Assembly (NCBI GenBank): GCA_938091905.1
Contig: CALKOM010000145.1
Location: 1-29,672, forward strand
Source: an uncultured Verrucomicrobiales bacterium
Lineage (GTDB): Bacteria > Verrucomicrobiota > Verrucomicrobiia > Verrucomicrobiales > DEV007
Reading direction: 5' to 3'
Length of the DNA: 29,672 nucleotides
In this document: positions 18,392 to 27,717 of the stretch, in pieces
How the letters are laid out: each line of letters opens with the position of its first letter
How positions within the stretch are numbered: position 1 is the first letter of the stretch
Notes under the pieces: model-generated
Told to the model about the DNA's origin: nothing
The model's input: only the letters and a program-made list of their open reading frames with translations
Databases searched by the model: none
Position numbers and translations under genes: made by a program

Positions 18392-19632
18392 AGCGACTTC
18401 TAAACTCTATTGGGCCAGCCATCATTGTGGCAGCGATCGTTCTTGGGCCTGGCTCGATTCTCACCAGCTCGAAAGTGGGGGCGCTTTATGGTTATCCGGC
18501 CCTCGGCATCGTCGCTCTTTCTACGGTGCTCTTGATCGGCATGGTCGCCCTGGCGGCGCGCATCGGCGTGATCTATGAAGATAGTCCGTGCGATCAGATA
18601 GCCAGTCGTTTAGGGAGACCCGTTGCAGTTGCTGTTGGCCTGATCGTCTTTGGTCTCGTTGCCATCTTTCAGTTCTCGAACAACGTGGCGATTGTTTCTG
18701 GGTTGGCGCCTCTCTTTGAATCTGCGGATGGTTCCGCTCCTTGGATCAGCAAGGGATCTGGAGTGACCCTTGTCCTCTTGGGCTTCAACGCTTTCGTGAT
18801 CTTCTGTCTCTATCGCTTACGTCATCTTTATCGCTCGATTGAAAAGATCATGAAAGTGCTTGTCGGACTGATGGTCGTTGCCTTTCTCATCAATTTCGCA
18901 GTCGTCCTCTTCAGTCCACGTGGGTATGTGCCGGTGAGCCAAGAAGGATCTCGTGAACTCATGCCCCTCTTGGGGCTCATGGCCACCACGTTCTCCGTAG
19001 CCGGCGCGTTCTATCAAGCCTATTTGGTGAAAGAGAAAGGTTGGACCCTGACGGATGCACGTCGAGGCGTCTTCGATTCGGTGATGAGCATCAGCATCCT
19101 TGGCCTGGTTACCGCCGTCATCCTCATCACGGCGACCCGGGTTTTCCACGGGCGCCCGGAACCAGTAGCCCTGTTGGGGGTGGGCGATGTGGCCCGGCAA
19201 CTGCAGCCTCTGTTCGGCTCTTGGGCAAAGGTAATCTTCTGTGTGGGGATCTTGGCAGGAGCTACCAGCTCGTTTCTGGTGAATGCTCTTGTTGGGGGAA
19301 CGGTGCTTTCGGATGCGCTGGGGAAGGGGAGTCGTCTGCAAAGTCCGTGGCTGCTCGGTCTCACGACACTCGCCTTGCTCTCGGGAATGCTTATTGCCCT
19401 TTTCAATTTGCAGGATGCCAAGATCGGTTCAGTGACTCTCATCACGGTGGCTCAGGCGCTCACCGTGATTGGACTCCCGGCGCTGGCTCTCTCGTTGATC
19501 TACCTGGGAACGCGCCCAGAACTGACCGGAAATCGCCGGGTGCCGCCCTGGATCATTATCTTGGCCATTGCGGGATTTATCGTGGCCTGCGTGTTGGCGG
19601 TGCGCATGATTCTTTTATTAGCAGCGCGTTGA
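18388..19632 (+). CDS. NRAMP-fold (APC superfamily) transporter, YcsG-like, lacking the metal-binding DPGN motif
   Basis: IGPAIIVAAIVLGPGSILTSSKVGALYGY N-terminus, about 11 hydrophobic segments, FYQAYLVKEKGW and QLQPLFG..A..IF..G. Confidence 0.8.
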   Translation: MKRLLNSIGPAIIVAAIVLGPGSILTSSKVGALYGYPALGIVALSTVLLIGMVALAARIGVIYEDSPCDQIASRLGRPVAVAVGLIVFGLVAIFQFSNNVAIVSGLAPLFESADGSAPWISKGSGVTLVLLGFNAFVIFCLYRLRHLYRSIEKIMKVLVGLMVVAFLINFAVVLFSPRGYVPVSQEGSRELMPLLGLMATTFSVAGAFYQAYLVKEKGWTLTDARRGVFDSVMSISILGLVTAVILITATRVFHGRPEPVALLGVGDVARQLQPLFGSWAKVIFCVGILAGATSSFLVNALVGGTVLSDALGKGSRLQSPWLLGLTTLALLSGMLIALFNLQDAKIGSVTLITVAQALTVIGLPALALSLIYLGTRPELTGNRRVPPWIIILAIAGFIVACVLAVRMILLLAAR

Positions 19633-19639
19633 CCCAAAT

Positions 19640-19669
19640 CAGCCCTACCATCGTTCGATGGTAGGGCTG
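19640..19669. terminator. Strong hairpin between convergent genes (probable bidirectional terminator)
   Basis: Perfect 13-bp stem CAGCCCTACCATC-gttc-GATGGTAGGGCTG, 7 nt after the transporter stop. No clear U tract. Confidence 0.65.
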
Positions 19670-19696
19670 GGCTGTTTAGAATGTCACGCGGGCGAT

Positions 19697-20653
19697 CTAA
19701 CGAAGTCCGCGGCGCTGGCTAGAACGACCGCTATTATTGCTACTGCTAGAGCGGGATGAGCTGCTGCTTCTCATACGTCCCGAGCTGCTGCTGTTAGATC
19801 TTGAGCTCGATGAAGACACTGATGGGGGCGGCGGAGCCGAAGACCGGTTACTCGAAGCTCTTGAGGGCGTAGAGCTTGAGGAACGACTACGGGTTGGAGC
19901 CGCCGAACGTGAGCGGGTTGGCGCTGAACTCGATGCTCGGTTGCGAGTCTGCATTGGACGCGAGGTTGTGCGCGACTGGGTGGTTGTGCGCGCTTGGGGT
20001 GAACTGCGTCGCACTGTGCTCATGCGCGTCGGCGGAGTAGAGTTCTTGCGGATATTGGAGCGGCTCGTTGCTCCTGGAGAACGCACAGAACTGACACTGC
20101 TACGCCCCGAACTTCGGACCGAGCTAGTACTGTTGGGCACATACTTTGTCTCATTGCCTGAGAGCTGATTGTATCCGCGACCACTATTGGTCACATAGGT
20201 ACCACCGCGATTGCTCGTCCGATCGCCGCGCGAGGTGGGGCGTTTGTTGCGACCATCGATCGTGGGATTGCGGTCACGCCCGCCCCGATCGTAGCGATCT
20301 CTGCGGTTGCGATCCTCCTTGTAGGTACGGTGGCCATAGCGCCGATGATGATCCGCTTTATGGTAGTAGCGGCGGCCATTGTAGAGATAGTAAGGACACC
20401 TGACGCCGCCGATAGCGTGGTAGTAGGTAGTGTAGTTCCGAAAGAACGGCGAACCATAGTAACCACCGCTGATGCTTCGGGGATAGTAGATATTGGTGGT
20501 GTAGGCGGTGTCATAGTAACCGCCGCTACCGTAGTAGCCGTCATCGTACACTGAATTATAGTCATAATAGTGGCTATCGTAATAGCAGCCGGTGAAGCTA
20601 ACCAGCAGAAGGACGCTGGCAGCAAGTGAGGCAAAGAAGCGTGTTTTGTTCAT
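19697..20653 (-). CDS. Putative lipoprotein with a Tyr/Gly-rich N-region and a long Ser/Arg-rich disordered tail
   Basis: MNKTRFFASLAASVLLLVSFTG-C lipobox, a Tyr-rich segment, and an S/R/T low-complexity C-terminal half with tandem APTRSRS units. Confidence 0.7.
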   Translation of the reverse strand: MNKTRFFASLAASVLLLVSFTGCYYDSHYYDYNSVYDDGYYGSGGYYDTAYTTNIYYPRSISGGYYGSPFFRNYTTYYHAIGGVRCPYYLYNGRRYYHKADHHRRYGHRTYKEDRNRRDRYDRGGRDRNPTIDGRNKRPTSRGDRTSNRGGTYVTNSGRGYNQLSGNETKYVPNSTSSVRSSGRSSVSSVRSPGATSRSNIRKNSTPPTRMSTVRRSSPQARTTTQSRTTSRPMQTRNRASSSAPTRSRSAAPTRSRSSSSTPSRASSNRSSAPPPPSVSSSSSRSNSSSSGRMRSSSSSRSSSSNNSGRSSQRRGLR

Positions 20654-20765
20654 AGGGCTAAGAGGGTAGTCAATCGTGCGTGAGACGAGCGTGTCCTCCT
20701 CTCTATTCAACATTTCTTAGAGCTCTCTGGGAAGCCTAGGGTAAAAGAAAGCGGGAGATCTAGCC

Positions 20766-21221
20766 TCAATCGATGCAGAGCGGTGTTCCTTCGGGTGCAA
20801 GGTCGAAGAATTCCATGACCTCATCGTTCCTCATTCGCACGCATCCGTGGCTCACTGGCTGACCGAGAAGATCTTCCTGATTGGTGCCGTGAATGTAGAT
20901 ATACCGGGACTGCGTGTTGGCGTTGTCCTCATCCAGGCCCACCAGGCACAGAATACGGCTGAGGATGAGGTCTTCATCACTTTTACCGCCCAGTGCCCAT
21001 TCTCCAACGGGTTTCCGTCCCCTGAAGATGGTGCCCATAGGAGCCTCGTGCCCAAACTTCTCGCCAATCTCGAACCGGCCCAAGGGCGTGCAATTACTGC
21101 CTTCCTCACACCCTGTACCATTGGCTGCCGTGGAAATGACATAGCTACGAATCTCTTGATCGCCTTCATAGAGCCGAAGACACTGCGTTTCGACCGAGAC
21201 CTCGATTCGCAAATTACTCAT
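20766..21221 (-). CDS. L,D-transpeptidase catalytic domain protein (YkuD family)
   Basis: ISTA..G, TPLGRF and YIYIHGT...SHGCVRM (catalytic His and Cys). Confidence 0.9.
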   Translation of the reverse strand: MSNLRIEVSVETQCLRLYEGDQEIRSYVISTAANGTGCEEGSNCTPLGRFEIGEKFGHEAPMGTIFRGRKPVGEWALGGKSDEDLILSRILCLVGLDEDNANTQSRYIYIHGTNQEDLLGQPVSHGCVRMRNDEVMEFFDLAPEGTPLCID

Positions 21222-21232
21222 TTTAATCCACG

Positions 21233-21790
21233 CTAACCGTTTCCGTAAGTTTCCATCATCCTGCGAATCTTGCCTTTGAGGCTGACCTTAGCCGCCGCAG
21301 GCATGCGATCGATGAAGAGTTTCCCATGCAAATGATCCGTCTCGTGCTGGATGGCTCGACTGAACAAGCCATCGGTCTCGATGACTAACGTTTTCCCATC
21401 CAGCGTGGTAACTGTAGCCTTCACTTCGATAGGCCGCTTAATCATGGCGCGAATGTCAGGAAAACTTAGGCACCCTTCTTGTTCAGAAACCTTGGGATTG
21501 ATCAGTTCCAACTTGGGATTGGTAAAGATGAGAGGCATGATATCCTTCATCTCGGTGTCTTCGCCATTCACCCGTAGATAGGAGATGCAATCGGAATCGT
21601 GAGACACGTCAATCACTGCGAGCTGAATTGGCACGCCTATCTGTGGTGCGGCCAGGCCAACGCCTTGGGCCTCGACCATCGTCTCAATCATGTTCTGAGC
21701 CAGCTCACGCGTCTCCGAAGTCACCTCATCGACGGGCTTGCATTTCGCCCGCAGGACAGGATCGCCGTAGATGACTATAGGAAGGACCAT
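21233..21790 (-). CDS. def: Peptide deformylase
   Basis: YGDPVL, GVGLAAPQIG, EGCLS and QHETDHLHG. Confidence 0.96.
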   Translation of the reverse strand: MVLPIVIYGDPVLRAKCKPVDEVTSETRELAQNMIETMVEAQGVGLAAPQIGVPIQLAVIDVSHDSDCISYLRVNGEDTEMKDIMPLIFTNPKLELINPKVSEQEGCLSFPDIRAMIKRPIEVKATVTTLDGKTLVIETDGLFSRAIQHETDHLHGKLFIDRMPAAAKVSLKGKIRRMMETYGNG

Positions 21791-21817
21791 GATGTGAGCT
21801 CTTTAATGAAAGATAGT

Positions 21818-23104
21818 TTACGAGCCGTGGACCTTCACGCCAGTCTTTAGGCGCAGTGCATTCAAGTGGATGAAGCCGCTCGCATCGTCCTGGTTGTAGG
21901 CGTTGGTAGGATCTGCTTCCATCGTTGCCACATCAGGATTGTAAAGGCTGAGCGGGCTTCGAACCCCCGCAGAAATGACATTCCCTTTATAAAGCTTGAG
22001 ACGGACCTCACCGCTCACATGCTTTTGTGACTCCGTGACCAGGGATTGGATAGCGAGACGCTCGGGTGCAAACCAGAACCCGTTGTAGACTAGCTTGGCA
22101 TATTCCGGAATGAGACCATCACGCACATGCATGACTTCGCGATCCATCGTGAGACTCTCCATTTGTCGATGTCCACGAAGGAGGATAGTGCCGCCTGGCG
22201 TCTCATAGATACCTCGGCTCTTCATACCAACGAAGCGATTCTCAACCATATCAATGCGCCCGATCCCGTGCTCGCCCGCCAACTGATTCAATACGAGCAT
22301 CACTCCTAGTGGGTTCAGCAGTGTATAGCCGTCTTGCTCGCCCGGGGACTCTAGCCCTTTCGCGGCGACCATTTCACCGAGACGCTCGCTCTTCAGACCG
22401 ATGCAGTTTCCTTTATCGAAAAGCATCTGAACATACTCGGGCTTATCAGGAGCCTCCTCGGGAGACACGCTCAGAACATACATGTCACGATCTGCTTCCG
22501 TGCTACCGTCATACCAAGGATCTTCTAACACACCACTCTCAAAGCTAATGTGGAGGAGATTACGATCCATCGAATAAGACTTCGACGCGGAAGCCTGCAC
22601 TGGAATGTTCTCCTTCGCTGCGTAATCGATCATCTCGGCCCGGCCCGGAAAATCGTCGCGAAAGACCTGCATGCGCCACGGCGCAATCATCTCGATGTCA
22701 GGAGCGAGGGCCGCTGTGGAGAGTTCGAAGCGTACCTGATCATTGCCTTTGCCGGTGGCTCCGTGGGCGATGGCATCCGCACCCTCCTTGCGAGCGATGT
22801 CGACCATGCCTTTTGAAATGCATGGTCTGGCGATGCTGGTGCCTAGAAGGTACTGGCCTTCGTAGATCGCTCCTGCCTGGAACATCGGGTAAATGTAGTC
22901 CGCCGCAAAGTCCGCCCGCAGATCGTCAATGTAACATTTGGAAGCGCCGGTGCTCAGCGCCTTCTCTTCCAATCCATCCAGTTCCTCCTCTTGGCCGACG
23001 TCCGCGCAATAAGCGATGACTTCGGCGCCGTAGTGGCTCTTGAGCCACTTTAAGAGAACTGAGGTGTCTAAACCTCCCGAGTAAGCGACGACGATCTTCT
23101 TCAT
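21818..23104 (-). CDS. argG: Argininosuccinate synthase
   Basis: [45 protein letters not shown] and [16 protein letters not shown]. Confidence 0.97.
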   Translation of the reverse strand: MKKIVVAYSGGLDTSVLLKWLKSHYGAEVIAYCADVGQEEELDGLEEKALSTGASKCYIDDLRADFAADYIYPMFQAGAIYEGQYLLGTSIARPCISKGMVDIARKEGADAIAHGATGKGNDQVRFELSTAALAPDIEMIAPWRMQVFRDDFPGRAEMIDYAAKENIPVQASASKSYSMDRNLLHISFESGVLEDPWYDGSTEADRDMYVLSVSPEEAPDKPEYVQMLFDKGNCIGLKSERLGEMVAAKGLESPGEQDGYTLLNPLGVMLVLNQLAGEHGIGRIDMVENRFVGMKSRGIYETPGGTILLRGHRQMESLTMDREVMHVRDGLIPEYAKLVYNGFWFAPERLAIQSLVTESQKHVSGEVRLKLYKGNVISAGVRSPLSLYNPDVATMEADPTNAYNQDDASGFIHLNALRLKTGVKVHGS

Positions 23105-23176
23105 GTTTGCTTGTGTTTTGCGCGGCTATACAATCAGCGCGTGAATCTGTCATCCGATTCTTCGAAATCTCCTCTC

Positions 23177-24145
23177 ATGAATCCTTCCGTTTCTTCCCGA
23201 CGTCACTTCCTGCAAACAGTTTCGGCCAGTGCACTCGCTAGTCTTGCTCCAATGAGTACATTTGCTCAAGTCCCTTCAGCGCGGAAATGGACGCTCAACC
23301 TCGTCGGTGGTGCCATTGGCGTGAACGTCGGGCAGAAAGAAATCATCGCCCTCGCTCAGAAATACGGATTTGAGTCGGTCGAAGCCCGTCCTGGAGAACT
23401 TGCCACGATGGAACCAGCAGCGATTCAGGAACTGGCGGCCTCAGTCAGCGAAGCAGGCCTCCAGTGGGGTTCCGCCGGGCTGCCTGTGGACTTTCGAAAG
23501 GACAGGAACACTTTCAAACAGCAGCTCAGAAAGCTGCCAAAGATGGCCAAGGCCCTCCAGACCGCCGGCGTGGATCGCGTGAGCACCTGGATCATGCCCA
23601 CTCATGCCGAGCGCACCTATTTGGAGAATTTCGAACTTCATTCCAATCGCCTCAGACGCGTGGCCGAGATCCTCAAAGATCATGGGCAACGCCTTGGCAT
23701 GGAATATGTTGGCACCCAAACGCTCCTCGTACGTGACCGCTATCCCTTCCTTCACACGTTAGCAGAGACTCAAGAACTCATGGATAGCATCGGCACCGGA
23801 AATGTAGGCATCGTGCTCGATAGCTGGCACTGGTGGACTTCAGAGGATACTTTAGAGCAAATCCAACAGTTGAAGGGTGAGGACGTGATCCTCGTAGATG
23901 CCAACGACGCCCCTAGAGGCGTCGCTCGCGAAGACCAACTCGATGGAAATCGCCAGCTTCCAGCATCCACAGGAGTGATCCCAATCAAAGGCTTCCTTCA
24001 AGCATTGACGACCATAGGCTACGACGGTCCCGTGCGTGCTGAGCCCTTCAATCGGACATTGAACGATCTTGAGAACGATGCGGCGTGCCAAGCTACGATT
24101 GATGCCCTGAAGAAAGCTGTTGGTCTGTTAGGACACGAGCAATGA
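23177..24145 (+). CDS. Tat-exported sugar phosphate isomerase/epimerase (AP_endonuc_2 TIM barrel)
   Basis: SRRHFL Tat signal, GFESVE, LGMEYVG, LDSWHW, DAND, R.LP..TGVI and GYDGPVRAEPF. Confidence 0.88.
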   Translation: MNPSVSSRRHFLQTVSASALASLAPMSTFAQVPSARKWTLNLVGGAIGVNVGQKEIIALAQKYGFESVEARPGELATMEPAAIQELAASVSEAGLQWGSAGLPVDFRKDRNTFKQQLRKLPKMAKALQTAGVDRVSTWIMPTHAERTYLENFELHSNRLRRVAEILKDHGQRLGMEYVGTQTLLVRDRYPFLHTLAETQELMDSIGTGNVGIVLDSWHWWTSEDTLEQIQQLKGEDVILVDANDAPRGVAREDQLDGNRQLPASTGVIPIKGFLQALTTIGYDGPVRAEPFNRTLNDLENDAACQATIDALKKAVGLLGHEQ

Positions 24146-24629
24146 GGAAGAGGATTCTATCGATGGCATTACTATCGGCGGTAAATGCGATCGCTGCCGT
24201 AAGCGTGCTTCGATTGATCCAATATCTTGAAGATGGTTTCGACCATACCAACCATGGAAAAATCGTCGATCTGTCGGGGACCTTATCGCAAACGATCTTC
24301 GAACTGCCCGTAGGCTGGATGCGCCGTTTCGTGATTGAGATCGATGGTAAAAAGTGTTTTCGTTCCAAAGCAGTTCGGAGACTGCAAGTCAGTGCAATTG
24401 GCTCGATCACGTTGACTATACAGTAGGAATCTTGGACATGAATTCTCCAGAGATTCTAGATAAGATCGAGGCAGGAACTTTGTGCAAGCTTACCGTCAAC
24501 ATGACGGATTTGCCAAATCTAGAGTCCTCGGTGTGGCTCGCTTACGTGTATAAACCGTGCGAGTTGAAACGGCAGACCAAGACCATAAACGCTTGCGCAG
24601 ACGGCAGCGGGTCTCTCCTGAGACCATGA
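24142..24629 (+). other. Possible small or frameshifted hypothetical gene (two overlapping + ORFs)
   Basis: ORF 24142-24426 starts with an ATGA overlap and a hydrophobic N-terminus. A second frame (24354-24629) may continue it. No family is recognised. Confidence 0.3.
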
Positions 24630-24703
24630 CGTCATGCAAAGTATTCGTGTCTATTCGTGGTCTTAAGCTTGTCCGGCGGCACGGATTCCGTCAGCGTTTC
24701 CTC

Positions 24704-27238
24704 ATGATACGTCGGTTTCTTGGTCTCCTCCCCCTCGCCTTCCTACCCAATCTCATGGCTACACCCGAGGCCTTCGAGATCGGCCGACGCCAAGTCTCCG
24801 AATTGCCTAAAGGAAAAGAGGCTGACGGCATCCTAGGCGACTTCGTGTTGCGCAATGACGTAGTCGAAGCGCTCATTTCCCACAACGCCCCGAATCGGCG
24901 GGCAAACATGACGTCTTTCTACGGTGCTGATGGCACGACGCCCGGCTGCCTCTACGACTTAGGTCTGCGAGGCGCTACCAATGACCAAATCACGCTCTTC
25001 TCGCCGTTGGGGCAGCGCGGCAATGTATCCTACGTCAGAATCGTGGAGTCTGGTGATGATGGTAGAGCGGTTATCGAAACCAAAGTATCCAGTGCGATCA
25101 ATGAAGGCGTCGAGGTGACGCATGGCTATCATTTGCGCGATGGCTGGCAGGGTGTCCTCATCGTGAGTAAGGTCCTGAACAAGACCAATCAGGCGCACGT
25201 GTTCAAAGCTGCGGACACCTGGAAGAGCTTTGACTCGACAAGAGTAGGGACCCTCGAAGGCATTCAGTGGGCAGACGCCGTGGATCCTGCCGATAAGGCA
25301 GGCTACGCCTACACTTGGTGCAAGGAGGAAGGCAGTCTGCTCCCCTCGGGCAGTGAAGTGAGTCTAAAGCCTGGGGAATCCATCCAACTGGCGCGCTTTC
25401 TCGCGGTCGGAACGTCGCCAGCCCATGCCGTGGGCCTTGTTGCTGCCAGAAACGGAGACACTGGCCGGTTCGTGAGAAAGTTAGTCGATGCCAGCGGTGA
25501 ACCTGTGGTGAGGGCAACCTTGCAAATACACTATCAGAGCGGCGACAAAGAGAAGATCCTGCCTGCCTGCCCTGATGAGCAAGGCGTCATTGATCTAGCG
25601 CTTCCAGTCGGTAAACACAAGATGACCATCCGAGATCAAGGGCGCTCGTCACAAAGTTTCGAAGCGACGATTGCGGTAGAGCAGAAGGATGAGGCCACGT
25701 TGACTCTGGGCGCTGTATCTCAGGTCCGCTTGGCTATCCACGATGACATCGGCAGGAGTACTCCGTGCAAAGTGCAGTTTATTGGAATCAGCGGCACGCC
25801 TTCGCCGAAGCTGGGTCCCAACAACCGGGCTCACGGCTGTCTCGACCAGTATCATTCTGAAACCGGCGCGTTTGCAGTGCCACTGGATCCGGGGCGCTAT
25901 CGAGTCGTCGTGACCCGAGGCATTGAGTATTCACATCTCAGCAAAGAGATTCTGCTAGAACAAGGTGCTGAAGTGGAAATCACAGGCGTCCTCAAGCGAC
26001 TCGTGCAGACTCCAGGGTGGGTCAGCGCCGACTTCCACAACCACTCCACACCGAGTGGCGACAACACCTGTGGGACCGATGACCGGATGATCAATCTCGC
26101 GGCCGAACACATCGAGTTCGCTCCGACCACCGAACACAACCGGTCCTATGACTGGCGTCCCCACCTGAAAAAATTGAAGCTTACGGACTACATTCAGACG
26201 GTGCCGGGTGTGGAATTGACCGGATCAGGAGCGCACTTTAACTCCTTCCCATTCAAACCGGATCCGCTGGCACAGGATGGGGGTGCCCCCGTCTGGCAGA
26301 AAGATCCACGTCTAAACGCCATTACACTTCGCGAGCTACAAGGCCAGAATCCTGACCGTTGGGTGCAGATCAACCATCCAGACATGACCGAGAATTTCAT
26401 TGATCGTGATGCCGACGGTCGAGTTGATGGCGGTTATCTCACTTTGGGAAAGCTCATCGACGGGGTAGAAACGCAGAACTATTTGGGAACCGATATCTTG
26501 TTAGGTGCACCCTACAAAATCGTCAAAGAACCCAAGACACTGGCCCGTCAGATTCGCTATGTACGAGAGTTCATCTGGCTACAGCTCTTGAACCAAGGGC
26601 ACAAGATCTGGGGAGTCGCCGTCGCCGATGCCCATACTGTTCACGGCAATGGTGTCGGCAGTTGGCGAAACTACCTTCCGTCTTCATCAGACAATCCGAG
26701 TGAGATCGATTGGCGCGAGATGGTGCAGCAAGCCAAAGGCGGACGCCTCATTTGTACCACTGGGCCGTTTCTATCCGTAGAAACAACCGATGGCACGATC
26801 GCCGGTGGCAGTACCCGTGCGAGTGGCTCAATCGACTTGAAAGTACAAGTGCAATGTACCGACTGGATTTCCATCGATCGCGTGCAAGTCCTCGTGAATG
26901 GCGCTCCGCGACCTGATCTCAATTTCACCAAGAAAACGCACCCCAAATGGTTCCAGGATGGTGTCGTCGTCTTCGATCAGACGCTAACAGTCCCTCTCAG
27001 CCAAGACAGCCACCTGATCGTAGTCGCCTATGGAGAGCATTCGACGCTAGTCACCGGCTATGGCTCTAGCGCACAAGCGACCATGCATCCGTGCGCCTAC
27101 AACAACCCGATCTTTGTCGATGTGGACGGCGGCGGCTTCACTGCAAACGGCGACACATTAGGCTACCCATTGCCGACAAAGAATCTTACCATCGGTCAAG
27201 TTCAAGGCAACTTGGAAGGTGGTGGGAGCACGCGCTAG
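24704..27238 (+). CDS. Secreted CehA/McbA family (PHP-like) metallohydrolase with N-terminal beta-sandwich domains
   Basis: Signal peptide MIRRFLGLLPLAFLPNLMA, DGILGDFVLRN, PGRYRVVVTRGIEYS, GWVSADFHNHS, TEHN, GVE, INHP, ADAH, TTGPFL and NNPIFVDVDG. Confidence 0.85.
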   Translation: MIRRFLGLLPLAFLPNLMATPEAFEIGRRQVSELPKGKEADGILGDFVLRNDVVEALISHNAPNRRANMTSFYGADGTTPGCLYDLGLRGATNDQITLFSPLGQRGNVSYVRIVESGDDGRAVIETKVSSAINEGVEVTHGYHLRDGWQGVLIVSKVLNKTNQAHVFKAADTWKSFDSTRVGTLEGIQWADAVDPADKAGYAYTWCKEEGSLLPSGSEVSLKPGESIQLARFLAVGTSPAHAVGLVAARNGDTGRFVRKLVDASGEPVVRATLQIHYQSGDKEKILPACPDEQGVIDLALPVGKHKMTIRDQGRSSQSFEATIAVEQKDEATLTLGAVSQVRLAIHDDIGRSTPCKVQFIGISGTPSPKLGPNNRAHGCLDQYHSETGAFAVPLDPGRYRVVVTRGIEYSHLSKEILLEQGAEVEITGVLKRLVQTPGWVSADFHNHSTPSGDNTCGTDDRMINLAAEHIEFAPTTEHNRSYDWRPHLKKLKLTDYIQTVPGVELTGSGAHFNSFPFKPDPLAQDGGAPVWQKDPRLNAITLRELQGQNPDRWVQINHPDMTENFIDRDADGRVDGGYLTLGKLIDGVETQNYLGTDILLGAPYKIVKEPKTLARQIRYVREFIWLQLLNQGHKIWGVAVADAHTVHGNGVGSWRNYLPSSSDNPSEIDWREMVQQAKGGRLICTTGPFLSVETTDGTIAGGSTRASGSIDLKVQVQCTDWISIDRVQVLVNGAPRPDLNFTKKTHPKWFQDGVVVFDQTLTVPLSQDSHLIVVAYGEHSTLVTGYGSSAQATMHPCAYNNPIFVDVDGGGFTANGDTLGYPLPTKNLTIGQVQGNLEGGGSTR

Positions 27239-27368
27239 CAATAATAGATTCCTTCTTAGAATTCTGTCTATGTCTGCACTAGTCTATCAGTGTCGTCTAT
27301 TTCACTTCAGTGCTATCGCTGCCTACCAATTTCCCTCGTAGATTCCGAGCCTTCCGTGGTCCTCTCCA

Positions 27369-27710
27369 TCAGTCTTGATCGAGATGGACAGGCGTCGCCT
27401 CGCACACCTTCTCCCAGCCGGGGAAGTTCCAGGTATTCGGAAATCCTGCGCATTGGTCAGGCTTCGCTGGATTGATCGTGCAATCAATCCCATCGAGAAA
27501 GATACACTCATTGTTAGGTTTCTCAATGAGCGTCAGCCCTTGCCGATTGGCACGCACCTTGGTGTACTGCTCTACAAACTGATCCACCGGCATCTCTAAG
27601 TAGGAGGCAATGGCATCGATCTCGCGATCGCTCACGACCACTTCGCCTGGCCACTTACAGCAGTTGCCGCAGCGGTGACATTGATAGAAAACTCGTTTCG
27701 AATCCGCCAC
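27369..27710 (-). CDS. YkgJ family cysteine-cluster protein (CxxCxxCC)
   Basis: CHRCGNCC, CIFL, C.I...KP.QC..FP and a terminal C. GTG start 7 nt after the DUF481 stop, preceded by GAGG. Confidence 0.85.
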   Translation of the reverse strand: MADSKRVFYQCHRCGNCCKWPGEVVVSDREIDAIASYLEMPVDQFVEQYTKVRANRQGLTLIEKPNNECIFLDGIDCTINPAKPDQCAGFPNTWNFPGWEKVCEATPVHLDQD

Positions 27711-27717
27711 GGAACCT

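Noticed and set aside
2843..19328. Three + strand GGGNAGGG (KOPS-like) octamers at 2843, 16109 and 19321 pointing toward the dif-like site
   Set aside because: About 2-3 per strand are expected by chance at this composition, my scan was not exhaustive, and KOPS is not established for this lineage.
19737..20634. Long alternative-frame and antisense ORFs over the Ser/Arg-rich gene, and similar ORFs over other CDSs
   Set aside because: These are shadow ORFs caused by low complexity and codon bias, with no motifs of their own.
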